Made by a program: the position numbers and the translations under genes. From assembly GCA_042569595.1 (NCBI GenBank), contig JBHPHI010000004.1:1-41675 (forward strand): a DNA stretch of 41,675 bases, given 5' to 3'. Within the stretch, counting starts at the first letter, position 1, and each line of letters starts with the position of its first letter. Source of the stretch: Patescibacteria group bacterium. GTDB taxonomy: Bacteria > Patescibacteriota > Microgenomatia > UBA1400 > 2-01-FULL-45-11. Shown here one piece after another: positions 17,308 to 28,794 of this stretch. The notes beneath the pieces were generated by a model. That model had not been told where the DNA came from. It was given only the letters and a program-made list of their open reading frames with translations, and made no database searches.

Positions 17308-18840
17308 TTACATTATTTGTGAGGGATGAAATTCTGATCCGATGTAGTGATCATATACAACTTCTGGATTTTCGGTTTGATCAATTGTTTGTGTTGTGTT
17401 TTCAAGATCTCCCACCCTAGCGCTCTCTTTTATCACCGGCGCATCGTGTCTTCTTTTTGCGTCTATGTTTCTAACCTGAACTAATTCGATGCGACTTAAT
17501 AAGCCTTTTTCATGAGCCACTTCCCACCACTGTCTTATTTCACTAGAGTTGTCATCGTAAATCCTGGTTTGAGCTCTTTTTACCCACGGAATTAACCATG
17601 TTAAGGTATCGAGTGTTCCTGCCTTAAGATCGTTTGTGTATATAACAACGTCTACTTTTTGAGCAATCTCTGTAGCATGCATCTTGTGTATTTGACCAAG
17701 TGGTCCCCCAATTTTTCCTCTAGTGGCCACAACCTTTAGAGAGTTTTCTTTTGACTGAAAATCTTTTGCGTCATGATTTGGGTCCGTTGGGGTTTCTAGT
17801 ATGTCCTCTGTTGTTTCTTTGATAACAAAATTTTTAGGGGAATTTTGAGGACTCATAAAAACTGCCTCTATGTCTTTGTCTCTATCAAAATCAGCTAAAA
17901 CTTCTTCTCCTTTAGTTTGCACTAACCTTGAAATATGTTGTTGAAATGCAAGAATGTTTTCTTGTTGTTGATGGGCTGATACTCCTGCCTCTATGTCTTT
18001 GCTTAGTTGGGTTAGTAGTAGCACATTTACTAGTGGTGTGTATCTTTTTTCATTTTTTGCTATTCCTGGAACGAATATTTTTGAAAGCTCGTATATTTCT
18101 TTTGCTTTTTGGGGTGAGATATGCACCCCTCTTCTTTGAAGATTTTCACTCTTTTGAAAGAGAGAAAATTCGTTCTGATGCCATTTGGTGGCACTGAACA
18201 ATGTGTCGTCAAAGTCAGATATTTCTACCAATGGCTTTTCTTTTAACGGTTTTTCTTTAAGAATATCACTCCTTACCTCTATCACTATCCCCAAAGAAGG
18301 AGCTTCAAACCATTTGCTTTTTTCAACAGACTCTTGCACAACCCCTGGTGCTTCTATTAACCCTAAGTCTTGCCATCTTATTTCTCGTAACTGTAGAAAT
18401 CCGTGTGGATCTAACTCATCTTTTCCATACCCCCAACGGCATTTTTTCAGAATTGAATTAAGTAGGTCTTGGCCTTGTTGTCTATTTTTGTGTTCTGAGG
18501 CTTCAATTGAGTCAACCCCAGAAGGCATAGATACCATGCTTGAGACTTTTAAGTATTTTTCGTCTGACTCTGGGTTGACTAGCACTGACTGTGAAGATCT
18601 CCCGTCAAGTGAGCTTATTTCTATCGACAACTTGCTTTGTTTTTGTGTATCGATTAACTTTTCAATACTTTTTTTCACTGTAATTAATTGAGGAGGAGCT
18701 TCTGATAAAAAACCTGAAGCTACTACACCAGTAACTTCAACACTTCTTCCCTCAGCATGTCCTTTTTCTAAAAATATCTGGTTTATTAAAACTAAAGGAT
18801 CTTGATCGTGTATTTTTTCTGTATCACTTGCTTCAACCAT
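17308..18840 (-). CDS. Hypothetical protein with C-terminal HAD-like hydrolase motifs
   Basis: 510-aa ORF with DFDDTLF (motif I), VATRG (II), K (III), IYDDN (IV). N-terminal ~200 aa not recognised. Confidence 0.55.
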   Translation of the reverse strand: MVEASDTEKIHDQDPLVLINQIFLEKGHAEGRSVEVTGVVASGFLSEAPPQLITVKKSIEKLIDTQKQSKLSIEISSLDGRSSQSVLVNPESDEKYLKVSSMVSMPSGVDSIEASEHKNRQQGQDLLNSILKKCRWGYGKDELDPHGFLQLREIRWQDLGLIEAPGVVQESVEKSKWFEAPSLGIVIEVRSDILKEKPLKEKPLVEISDFDDTLFSATKWHQNEFSLFQKSENLQRRGVHISPQKAKEIYELSKIFVPGIAKNEKRYTPLVNVLLLTQLSKDIEAGVSAHQQQENILAFQQHISRLVQTKGEEVLADFDRDKDIEAVFMSPQNSPKNFVIKETTEDILETPTDPNHDAKDFQSKENSLKVVATRGKIGGPLGQIHKMHATEIAQKVDVVIYTNDLKAGTLDTLTWLIPWVKRAQTRIYDDNSSEIRQWWEVAHEKGLLSRIELVQVRNIDAKRRHDAPVIKESARVGDLENTTQTIDQTENPEVVYDHYIGSEFHPSQIM

Positions 18841-18898
18841 AAGATTATTATATCTCGAAGAGGGTTTAAACTTACATAATTAGGAAACCAATAGGTGC

Positions 18899-19393
18899 TT
18901 ATTTGTTAGTTTTAGCTGTGTTTTTTGCATTCATTTCAAAATAGGTAAGTGCTGCAGCTATAGCATCCGCTGCATGTTGAGGGGTGGGAATTTTTTTCAA
19001 CTTTAACAACTTCATTACAGTGGCTTGAACCTCTGGTTTTTTAGCTCTACCGTAACCGCAAAGATATTTTTTAATCTGAAGAGGGGTGTATTCTACAATT
19101 GGCACTTTTAAGGTGGACGCCGATAAAGAAATGGCACCCATTGCTTTTCCTACGGTCATTGCAGACCTAGCATTGACTGCAAAGAATAAGCTTTCCATAA
19201 CTACGATTTTTGGTTTGTACTCTTCAATCGTGTCCGAAAGGGTGTTGAAGATATGATCCAATCTAACTGAGTGCTCTTGCGATGCTTTTGTTGTGACCAC
19301 AGAGTGGTGGATAAGCTTGTATTTTTTGGGTACTTTTTGGACTATTCCTACGCCCACATTGGCAATTCCTGGATCAATTCCTAAAACTATCAT
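18899..19393 (-). CDS. ruvC: Holliday junction resolvase
   Basis: LGIDPG, ESLFF..N, EYTP.QIK, GYGRA.K, ADA.A.A. Confidence 0.95.
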   Translation of the reverse strand: MIVLGIDPGIANVGVGIVQKVPKKYKLIHHSVVTTKASQEHSVRLDHIFNTLSDTIEEYKPKIVVMESLFFAVNARSAMTVGKAMGAISLSASTLKVPIVEYTPLQIKKYLCGYGRAKKPEVQATVMKLLKLKKIPTPQHAADAIAAALTYFEMNAKNTAKTNK

Positions 19394-19419
19394 TAAAATA
19401 GAATACCAGAGAAATGAAC

Positions 19420-19435
19420 ACGAAGTAACCCCGAA
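19420..19435 (-). promoter_or_regulatory. Candidate LexA operator upstream of ruvC
   Basis: Minus strand TTCGG-GGTTAC-TTCGT, over the -35 region of a TATTCT -10 (19405-19400). Confidence 0.55.
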
Positions 19436-19870
19436 CTAGTGAGATTGAGATTTGATTTGTCCTCGTTTTCTTGCAACCTTTAATTCCATGATTGCTCTTC
19501 GAAGATCTGCCTCTGCGAGAAGTAGTTCTCTTTGAGACTGCTTATCTTGCAACAATTCTTCAGCTCTTCTTTTTGCAGCTTCTGCTTTGGCAACGTTGAT
19601 TTTATCTGAGTGGATGGCACTGTCGGCCATAACTGTAATAGTTTTGCCTCCAGAAACATCCATAAAACCCCCTGAAATTACGTAGCTTATTTCTTTGCCA
19701 GCTTTGACATACTTTATTTCACCTGCGTCAAGCCTTGTAAACATAGAAATATGATGTGGTAGAACAGTTACTTCTCCCATAACGGTAGGGGCACTTACAG
19801 AGTCCACGATTTCAGTAAGAAGATGCTTCTCTTGCGTGACTACCTGTAGTGTTATTTTTGCTGCTGCCAT
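19436..19870 (-). CDS. atpC: ATP synthase F1 epsilon
   Basis: GEVTVLPHH, ISGGFMDV, AEAAKRRAE; operon position. Confidence 0.95.
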   Translation of the reverse strand: MAAAKITLQVVTQEKHLLTEIVDSVSAPTVMGEVTVLPHHISMFTRLDAGEIKYVKAGKEISYVISGGFMDVSGGKTITVMADSAIHSDKINVAKAEAAKRRAEELLQDKQSQRELLLAEADLRRAIMELKVARKRGQIKSQSH

Positions 19871-19876
19871 AGGCCC

Positions 19877-22164
<2,288 letters not shown>

Positions 22165-22182
22165 CGTCTTACTCTGAAAATA

Positions 22183-23724
22183 CTACTTTTCTTGCTCTAC
22201 CTTTTCTTCTAAAAGATCAGGATTTAGTTCGTTGAATTTTGAGGCGGCCTTTTCAAGCATCTTTTCTGTTTTTTCTTCTAGTTTTTGATCTTTTATTATG
22301 GTTTTTCCAATTTTATCGTGAGAAGACTTGACGTAGTCCAGGAATTTAGCTTGCCATTCTTTGACTCTTTCTATTGGAGTTTTGTCTAAGTAGCCGTTAT
22401 TAACAGCCCACATGGTCATAACCTGATTTTCTACAGGAATTGGATCGTCCCACCCTTGTTTTAGAATTTCGGTGATTCTGTGACCTCTTTCTAATTGTTC
22501 TCTGGTGCTAGCATCTAAATCTGAACTAAATTGAGCAAAAGCTGCTAGTTCTCTATATTGAGCTAGGTCTAACCTTAGCTTCCCGGCAACTTGTTTCATA
22601 GCTTTGATCTGAGCACTACTTCCCACACGAGAAACTGAAGCCCCTGCGTTGATTGCTGGTCTTACTCCAGAGTTGAATAAGTCAGCCTCTAGGTAAATTT
22701 GGCCATCTGTTATGGAAATAACGTTGGTTGGGATGTATGCAGATAAGTCAGCAGCTTGGGTTTCTATGATGGGCAGTGCCGTAAGAGACCCTGCACCTTT
22801 TTTGTCGCTGTATTTAACTGCTCTTTCTAATAATCTTGAATGTAAGTAAAAGACATCTCCTGGATATGCTTCTCTTCCTGATGGGCGCCTAAGAAGAAGT
22901 GAAATTTCACGATACGCCCAGGCATGTTTGGTAAGGTCGTCGTAAATAATTAATGCATCTTCTCCTTTTTCTGCAAAATATTCTCCAATTGCACAGCCTG
23001 CGTATGGAGCAAGGAATTGTTGAGAAGCTGGATCGGAAGCTGTAGCTGCAACGATAATGGTGTTTTCCATTGCTTTGAACTTTTCTAGGGTGGCTACTGT
23101 TTGAGCCACAAAAGCTCTTTTTTGTCCGACCATGACGTAAATGCATTTAACACCAGATTTTCTCTGATTAATAATTGTTGTTAAAGCAACGGAAGACTTA
23201 CCTGTAGTTCTGTCACCAATGATAAGTTCACGTTGACCTCTACCAATAGGAATCATGGAGTCGATAGCAACAATTCCTGTTTGGATAGGCTGGTTGACAG
23301 GTTGTCTGTCAATAACTCCTGGGGCGATTCTTTCTAAAGGAAGGAATTTCTTAGCTTTGGCTGCTGCTTTACCGTCAAGCGGTTCTCCTAGAGGAGAAAT
23401 GACTCTACCAAGTAAATCGTCGCCTACACCAATGGAAACAAGTTTGCCGGTTCTTTTGACTGTGTCACCTTCTTTAACGTCTTGACTTTCAGATAAGATA
23501 ATAGCTCCAACGGAGTCTTTATTAAGGTTTAGCGCAAGACCTTTTATGCCTCCTGGAAATTCCAATATCTCTCCCATCATAACGTCTGATAAGCCGTTTA
23601 TTATGGCGATACCGTCACCAACTTCTATTATTTGACCCACCGTTTCTGCTTCAAGGGATGGAGCAAAATTTTGAATCTCTTTTTCAATCGCTTTGGCGAT
23701 ATCTAAAACCGTTGTTTTTTTCAT
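22183..23724 (-). CDS. atpA: ATP synthase F1 alpha
   Basis: [35 protein letters not shown]. Confidence 0.99.
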   Translation of the reverse strand: MKKTTVLDIAKAIEKEIQNFAPSLEAETVGQIIEVGDGIAIINGLSDVMMGEILEFPGGIKGLALNLNKDSVGAIILSESQDVKEGDTVKRTGKLVSIGVGDDLLGRVISPLGEPLDGKAAAKAKKFLPLERIAPGVIDRQPVNQPIQTGIVAIDSMIPIGRGQRELIIGDRTTGKSSVALTTIINQRKSGVKCIYVMVGQKRAFVAQTVATLEKFKAMENTIIVAATASDPASQQFLAPYAGCAIGEYFAEKGEDALIIYDDLTKHAWAYREISLLLRRPSGREAYPGDVFYLHSRLLERAVKYSDKKGAGSLTALPIIETQAADLSAYIPTNVISITDGQIYLEADLFNSGVRPAINAGASVSRVGSSAQIKAMKQVAGKLRLDLAQYRELAAFAQFSSDLDASTREQLERGHRITEILKQGWDDPIPVENQVMTMWAVNNGYLDKTPIERVKEWQAKFLDYVKSSHDKIGKTIIKDQKLEEKTEKMLEKAASKFNELNPDLLEEKVEQEK

Positions 23725-24071
23725 TGCGCTAATTTCTCACCTAATTTTGTTATTTTGTTTTGTATGGTGTTGTCTATCACCTTGTCGCCAATCTTCACGT
23801 GCATCCCGGCTATCACGCCCTGGTTGACGACATTTTTAACTTTCATTTCAACCCCAATCACTTTAGACAAAGTTTTTTTTATCTGACTTTGCTCTTGACT
23901 GGTTAATTTCACAGCCGTGGTAATAACTGCTAAAGATGGGTCAGACTCAATCTGACTCTTTCTTAGAGTTTCTTTTACAAGTTGTGGCAATATATTCAAC
24001 TGACCTGATTTTTTTAGATACTCAATCAGTCCGCGAGTTACTTGCGTAGCTTTGCTGTTTTTTGTTTTCAT
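23721..24071 (-). CDS. atpH: ATP synthase delta (short form)
   Basis: [21 protein letters not shown]-terminal domain; lies between atpF and atpA. Confidence 0.88.
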   Translation of the reverse strand: MKTKNSKATQVTRGLIEYLKKSGQLNILPQLVKETLRKSQIESDPSLAVITTAVKLTSQEQSQIKKTLSKVIGVEMKVKNVVNQGVIAGMHVKIGDKVIDNTIQNKITKLGEKLAQ

Positions 24072-24562
24072 TATTTAACTTTTAATTTCTTGAGATCGTT
24101 TATTTGGTTTTTTAGAATTTCTTTTTGATGTTTGGCGCTCAAACCAGTTTTTAAAACTGCTTGAGTGGTTTCTGAAACCAAGCTTGCCACTTCACCCTTA
24201 AGTCTCTTTTCTTCCTTTTCAAGCCTGGCCATTAGCTGTTTCTCTTCATTTTGAATGACTTTTTTGCTTTCGGCTTTCGCTTGTTCAATCATCTCTTTTG
24301 AGAGACCTTCAGCTTTTTTGTTAGCTTCTTCAAGGATTTTTGCAGCTTCTTTTTGAGTTTTTGCAAGCTCTTTTTGCTTGGTCTGCTCTATTTTGATCTG
24401 CTCTTGCAAGCTTTTCTCTGCTGCTCTTAGCCCATCGCTAATTTTGTTTGCCCTTTCATCCAATATTTTTAAAATTGGCTTATAAGCAAACTTCGATAGG
24501 ACAAAAAAGACTATCCCAAAGTTTACAATCTGCAATAGAAATTGTTGTAGATTAATTTCCAC
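24071..24562 (-). CDS. atpF: ATP synthase Fo b
   Basis: QIVNF..FAYKPI..LDER transmembrane anchor plus coiled coil; GTG start. Confidence 0.95.
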   Translation of the reverse strand: MEINLQQFLLQIVNFGIVFFVLSKFAYKPILKILDERANKISDGLRAAEKSLQEQIKIEQTKQKELAKTQKEAAKILEEANKKAEGLSKEMIEQAKAESKKVIQNEEKQLMARLEKEEKRLKGEVASLVSETTQAVLKTGLSAKHQKEILKNQINDLKKLKVK

Positions 24563-24579
24563 GGCTTTTTCCTTTGTGT

Positions 24580-24810
<231 letters not shown>

Positions 24811-24836
24811 TTAATAATTAATAATTAGTAATCACG

Positions 24837-25790
24837 TTAGTGTTCTTGACTATGACTAATAGTTGCTAGATTCATAAAGACCAGGGTGAGCATTGAGAAA
24901 ACAAGTGCCTGGATAAAGCCTACAAATATTTCTAGGCCTAAAAACGGTAACGGTGCAAATAATGGCACAAGAAATGCAATAACAGCAAGAAGCACTTCTC
25001 CAGCAAACATGTTTCCAAAAAGACGGAAAGCAAATGAAATTACTTTTGAAATTTCTGAAAATAGCTCTAAGATCCCGACGAAAAAGTCTATCGGGCCTGA
25101 GAAATTTATGAATTTACCTGAATAACTTAACCCCAAGAATTTAAATCCAACAAACTGAACTAGAACAATGGAAGAAAACGCTAAGGCTAAGGTGGTGTTT
25201 AAGTCTGCGGTAGGTCCCCTGAAGTAGGGCACAAAAGCTGGGCCATCGTGTCCACTTTTGTTTTCCTCTTCATGCTCGTCGGCAGTCGCCATGGCTTCAT
25301 CTGCATACTCTTCTTCAGCATGCTCATCTACCACTTCATTTAATTCTTCTTCTGTTTCATGAGTGTCTACTTCTTCCATTAGAGCAATATTTTCTTCGTG
25401 AGACTCCTCTGCCACATGTTTATCTGTGACCTCATGTTTTTCGCGAAAACCAATGGTGCCTACCCCTGGAAAAAGCCCAATCCAATTACTTAAGATTATG
25501 AAAATGAAGAAGGTAGAAACTATGGGAAAAAAAGAGCGGGCCTTTTTATTTTCGCCCGCTGTGCTTTTTACTAGATTGAAGAGTCCTTCAATAATGAGTT
25601 CCATAAGACTTTGGAACCTTGAAGGCTTATCGTTAAACTTTGCCTTTTTGAATTCTTTGTAGGTTTTTGAAGCTAATAATAGGATTACTACTAAAACTAT
25701 CCACGTGGTTAAAATTGAGTTGGAAATTGGGACGCCGGCGACTTCGAAGACTTTTTCGGCGTTTATTGATATGTGTAGATTTCCAGCCAT
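24837..25790 (-). CDS. atpB: ATP synthase Fo a with His/acidic insertion
   Basis: NW.GL.PG, PTADLN, SFAFRLFGN, IQALVF. A 68-aa insert lies at 25242-25445. Confidence 0.96.
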   Translation of the reverse strand: MAGNLHISINAEKVFEVAGVPISNSILTTWIVLVVILLLASKTYKEFKKAKFNDKPSRFQSLMELIIEGLFNLVKSTAGENKKARSFFPIVSTFFIFIILSNWIGLFPGVGTIGFREKHEVTDKHVAEESHEENIALMEEVDTHETEEELNEVVDEHAEEEYADEAMATADEHEEENKSGHDGPAFVPYFRGPTADLNTTLALAFSSIVLVQFVGFKFLGLSYSGKFINFSGPIDFFVGILELFSEISKVISFAFRLFGNMFAGEVLLAVIAFLVPLFAPLPFLGLEIFVGFIQALVFSMLTLVFMNLATISHSQEH

Positions 25791-26049
25791 ACTTCAATAT
25801 TCCGCTTATTGATAATAGTTTATATTTATCATGTAATACGGAGTTAAAACTAGTATTAACTTTTAATTCTCACATCGTGAGTCTTTAATATGGGTTATAT
25901 CAATACAATTAAGTTTGATACAACACGTATTAATTAATACATATTATATGTGTATTAGACTTAAATATCAACACCGAGATTTTACAACAAAACTCCTCAA
26001 GTCACAAAAAGCAATTTGCTTTTAATTTTTAATCTTGTATTATGAGTGC

Positions 26050-26394
26050 GTGCAAGAGAACCTACTCGAGAGAGCAAATACCGTCATGCCTGATCCTGAC
26101 TACGTTATTGGTTTGTTTGATCTTTCCTTTGTTTATATGAAGGAGGATGTGGCTAAAGAGTCTGGGTTCTCCGTAGCTCATTTTGTAGGCAAGACCGTTT
26201 TTGAACTGTTTGATTATTCAGGAGATGAGTTGCAAAAAGAGATGCTCGTAAATATAGATAGTTTTGAAAGAGTAATCCAACTAAAGTTGCATGGCAGCTC
26301 AGTAGATAAAGTGTGAGTAAAGTTTGCGGGATTTGAGTACAACAAAAATCCATATCGAGCTGGAAAGATTTTGGAAGTTTTTAAGAAGAAGTGA
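26050..26394 (+). pseudogene. Stand-alone PAS-like gene interrupted by one in-frame TGA (26314-26316)
   Basis: PDP.YVI..DLSFVY...VA..SGF....VGKTV.ELF PAS pattern. The frame continues VKFAGFEYNKNPYRAGKILEVFKKK after the TGA. Confidence 0.55.
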
Positions 26395-26407
26395 TTTTAA
26401 TGCTTGG

Positions 26408-26436
26408 TTGAAATATTTGATCCCCTCTGGGATAAT
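26408..26436 (+). promoter_or_regulatory. Predicted promoter of tRNA-Glu
   Basis: TTGAAA-17-GATAAT, 14 bp before the tRNA. Confidence 0.45.
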
Positions 26437-26450
26437 TCATAAGTTGACCT

Positions 26451-26522
26451 GGCCCCATCGTCTAGTGGTTAGGACATTGGGTTTTCATCCCAAAAACCAG
26501 AGTTCGATTCTCTGTGGGGTCA
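26451..26522 (+). tRNA. tRNA-Glu (TTC), CCA not encoded
   Basis: Acceptor GGCCCCA/TGGGGTC, anticodon arm TTGGG-TTTTCAT-CCCAA, T arm CAGAG-TTCGATT-CTCTG. Confidence 0.97.
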
Positions 26523-26528
26523 CAAGTT

Positions 26529-27305
26529 TTATTTTTCTTCCTGAACTTTTTTGACGGTTTTTGCAATGATTCCTCTAGGCATTAGTCTGGCTGGGAGAAT
26601 CATTAGTTTGTTTTTTAATCCATGAATTGCAACAACAGAACCTTTCATGAGTTCTTTGTATCCAAACTCTGCTACTTCCCTGCTGGTCGCCATTCCCCCG
26701 CCTGAAGTAACTATTTTGGAATGAGTCATTTTTGCAGTTTCTTGAAAGTTACTTTTTGTGGCTCCTGGGCAAAGAGCGGAAACAACTATGCCTTTGTCAC
26801 TTAGTTCTTCGGCAATTGCTTCTGAGAAATGAAGCACGTAGGCTTTACTGGCATAATAAGCTGCCATCAGAGGTCCTGGAAGAAATGCTGCCACTGAACT
26901 GACGTTTAGAATTTTTCCAGTTTTAAACCCTACCATGTCTTTTAGGTAAAAGTGAGTTAATTGGGTCAAAGCTACTATATTTACCTGCAACATGTCTGTT
27001 ATCTTCTTGAGGTCGGCGCTTTCAAATGGGCCAAAATCGCCAAAACCTGCGTTGTTCACTAGTACCTCAATAAAAATCTTGTCTTTCTTGGTGATTTTGT
27101 ATATTTTTTCAGCGGCATTAGAATCTTTTAGATCTTGGATTATTATTTTTATTTTTAATTTTTTATTTTTCAATTCGTTTTGTACTTTTTCTAGTTCCTG
27201 GATGTTTCTACCAACCAAAACTAAATGATATTTTTTTTCGTGGAACAATTTTGCAAACTCTTTTCCTATGCCGGAGTTTGCGCCAGTTATGAGTGCGTAT
27301 TTCAT
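26529..27305 (-). CDS. Short-chain dehydrogenase/reductase
   Basis: TGANSGIG, NNAG, SS, YYASK, CPG. Start placed at MKYAL (27305). Confidence 0.93.
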   Translation of the reverse strand: MKYALITGANSGIGKEFAKLFHEKKYHLVLVGRNIQELEKVQNELKNKKLKIKIIIQDLKDSNAAEKIYKITKKDKIFIEVLVNNAGFGDFGPFESADLKKITDMLQVNIVALTQLTHFYLKDMVGFKTGKILNVSSVAAFLPGPLMAAYYASKAYVLHFSEAIAEELSDKGIVVSALCPGATKSNFQETAKMTHSKIVTSGGGMATSREVAEFGYKELMKGSVVAIHGLKNKLMILPARLMPRGIIAKTVKKVQEEK

Positions 27306-27333
27306 AAATCCACTATACATGGTGTTTGAATTG

Positions 27334-27362
27334 TTGGAAAATATAGATTGTTGAGGTAAAAT
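27334..27362 (+). promoter_or_regulatory. Predicted promoter of tRNA-Lys
   Basis: TTGGAA-17-TAAAAT, 13 bp before the tRNA. Confidence 0.45.
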
Positions 27363-27375
27363 TCTTAGGTTGGAT

Positions 27376-27448
27376 GGGCCCGTAGCTCAGGGGTTAGAGC
27401 GACAGCCTTTTAAGCTGTGCGTCGTAGGTTCGATTCCTACCGGGCTCA
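27376..27448 (+). tRNA. tRNA-Lys (TTT), CCA not encoded
   Basis: Acceptor GGGCCCG/CGGGCTC, D arm GCTC/GAGC, anticodon arm ACAGC-CTTTTAA-GCTGT, T arm GTAGG-TTCGATT-CCTAC. Confidence 0.97.
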
Positions 27449-28027
27449 CAAGTTGTTTACTATCTGAACAACTCCTTTCCATTCATCTGCTCTTTTTGCT
27501 ATGACTGGGCTTTCGTATTTTTGGTTCCAAGGTCTGTTTAAGATAATTGAAGGCACTCCTACTTCAGCGCATTCCTTAACGTACCAAGGAGAGTCTTCAA
27601 TAATAATATCGATGTTGTTATCTAGACAAAGTTGAGCTTTAGTTATTTTCGGGCCTGTTTTTCTAGTTGCTTGACCTGTGAAAATGATTTCTTTGAAGGT
27701 TTTTGGGAAATACTTATTAATCCAATCTATTGTTTCTTTTTCTATGCTTTTTGGCCTGGATGTAACCACAAAGAGATTGTGATTTTTTAAATTTTTAATT
27801 CCTGATTGAGATCCCTCAATGGGAAGGATTTCATGAAACAGATCAGATTCGTAAAAATCTTCAATTATTTTTATTACTTTTTCGCCCCTTACGTTCCAAA
27901 TTTTTCCAAGAAAGTAGTTATCGTATTCATCATATACGTGATTTTTGTTGTATTTTAGGTTGTAGTAGTCGTTTAGTTTGGAGTGAAGAGCTGCTAATAC
28001 GTCATCCACATCTACAGCAATATTCAT
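27446..28027 (-). CDS. HAD-family 5'(3')-deoxyribonucleotidase-like protein
   Basis: IAVDVDDVL, VVTSRP, T..WI..YF, K, IIEDS, PWN. Confidence 0.85.
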   Translation of the reverse strand: MNIAVDVDDVLAALHSKLNDYYNLKYNKNHVYDEYDNYFLGKIWNVRGEKVIKIIEDFYESDLFHEILPIEGSQSGIKNLKNHNLFVVTSRPKSIEKETIDWINKYFPKTFKEIIFTGQATRKTGPKITKAQLCLDNNIDIIIEDSPWYVKECAEVGVPSIILNRPWNQKYESPVIAKRADEWKGVVQIVNNL

Positions 28028-28046
28028 CTGTTTATTGTAAACTAAT

Positions 28047-28394
28047 TTATTGAGAAATATTTACGAAATGATCTGCTTTACTTCCTAAGATAGAAACTGC
28101 ATCGAACCTTGCGAACTGAGGTAGCTTGGGATTTGAGTTTAAAAAGATATGAGCGGCTTTTCTAAGATGATTTATTTTTTCTTTTGTAATCGCTTCTTCG
28201 GGATTTCCAAGTATGTTGCTTGATCTGGTTTTGACTTCAACAAAAACTAACTGACCCTCATCCTGGAAGATTAAATCAATCTCACCATACCTTGTGTGAT
28301 AATTGGCTGTTATGAACTTATAGCCTTTATTTTGAAGCAGTTTTTTTGCTTGTTTTTCGCCCTTTTGGCCCAGCTTCTTTTTTTGCAGTGTCAC
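28047..28394 (-). CDS. YraN/UPF0102 PD-(D/E)xK family protein
   Basis: G..GE..A, GEIDLI, FVEVKTR, RFD. Confidence 0.92.
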   Translation of the reverse strand: MTLQKKKLGQKGEKQAKKLLQNKGYKFITANYHTRYGEIDLIFQDEGQLVFVEVKTRSSNILGNPEEAITKEKINHLRKAAHIFLNSNPKLPQFARFDAVSILGSKADHFVNISQ

Positions 28395-28731
28395 TTTTCT
28401 TTTCTACTTTGACTGCTTTTACCCTAAGAGCTTCTCTGCCCGTCCTTTGTCTTAGATAGTATAGTTTTGATCTTCTGACTTTTCCTCTGGCTTTGAGGGT
28501 GATGTTGGTAATATCTGGTGATAAAACTGGAAATATTTTTTCTACACCAACTCCGTGCGTGCCAATTTTCCTGACAGTAAAGGAGGTGTTTTCTTGCCTG
28601 CCCTTGATAGCAATTAGTAAGCCAGTGAATGTCTGCTGCCTGGTCTTTTCGCCTTCTTGCACCTTAATAATAACGTTGATCGTGTCGCCTACGCCGAATG
28701 TTTCTTCTTTGTATTTAAAACTGTTTGCCAT
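28327..28731 (-). CDS. rplS: 50S ribosomal protein L19
   Basis: GDT, EGEKTRQQ.F.G, FTVRK, GVE..FP, KVRRSKLYYLR. Confidence 0.98.
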   Translation of the reverse strand: MANSFKYKEETFGVGDTINVIIKVQEGEKTRQQTFTGLLIAIKGRQENTSFTVRKIGTHGVGVEKIFPVLSPDITNITLKARGKVRRSKLYYLRQRTGREALRVKAVKVEKKSDTAKKEAGPKGRKTSKKTASK

Positions 28732-28794
28732 GTGATTTAGTATATCTTACTTTATATTGTTTTCTTCGACTAATCGAATAACTTGGGTATTTTA

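Noticed and set aside
26314-26316. TGA recoding (code 25 or 4)
   Set aside because: Conserved genes end at TGA at their expected C-termini and contain no internal TGA.
26451-27448. tRNA-anchored integrated element around the SDR gene
   Set aside because: No integrase, no real att-length duplication, and the two tRNAs are different intact genes.
28327-28394. 68-bp rplS/YraN overlap as a programmed frameshift
   Set aside because: Explained by a Lys-rich L19 tail overlapping a GTG start; each gene is complete on its own.
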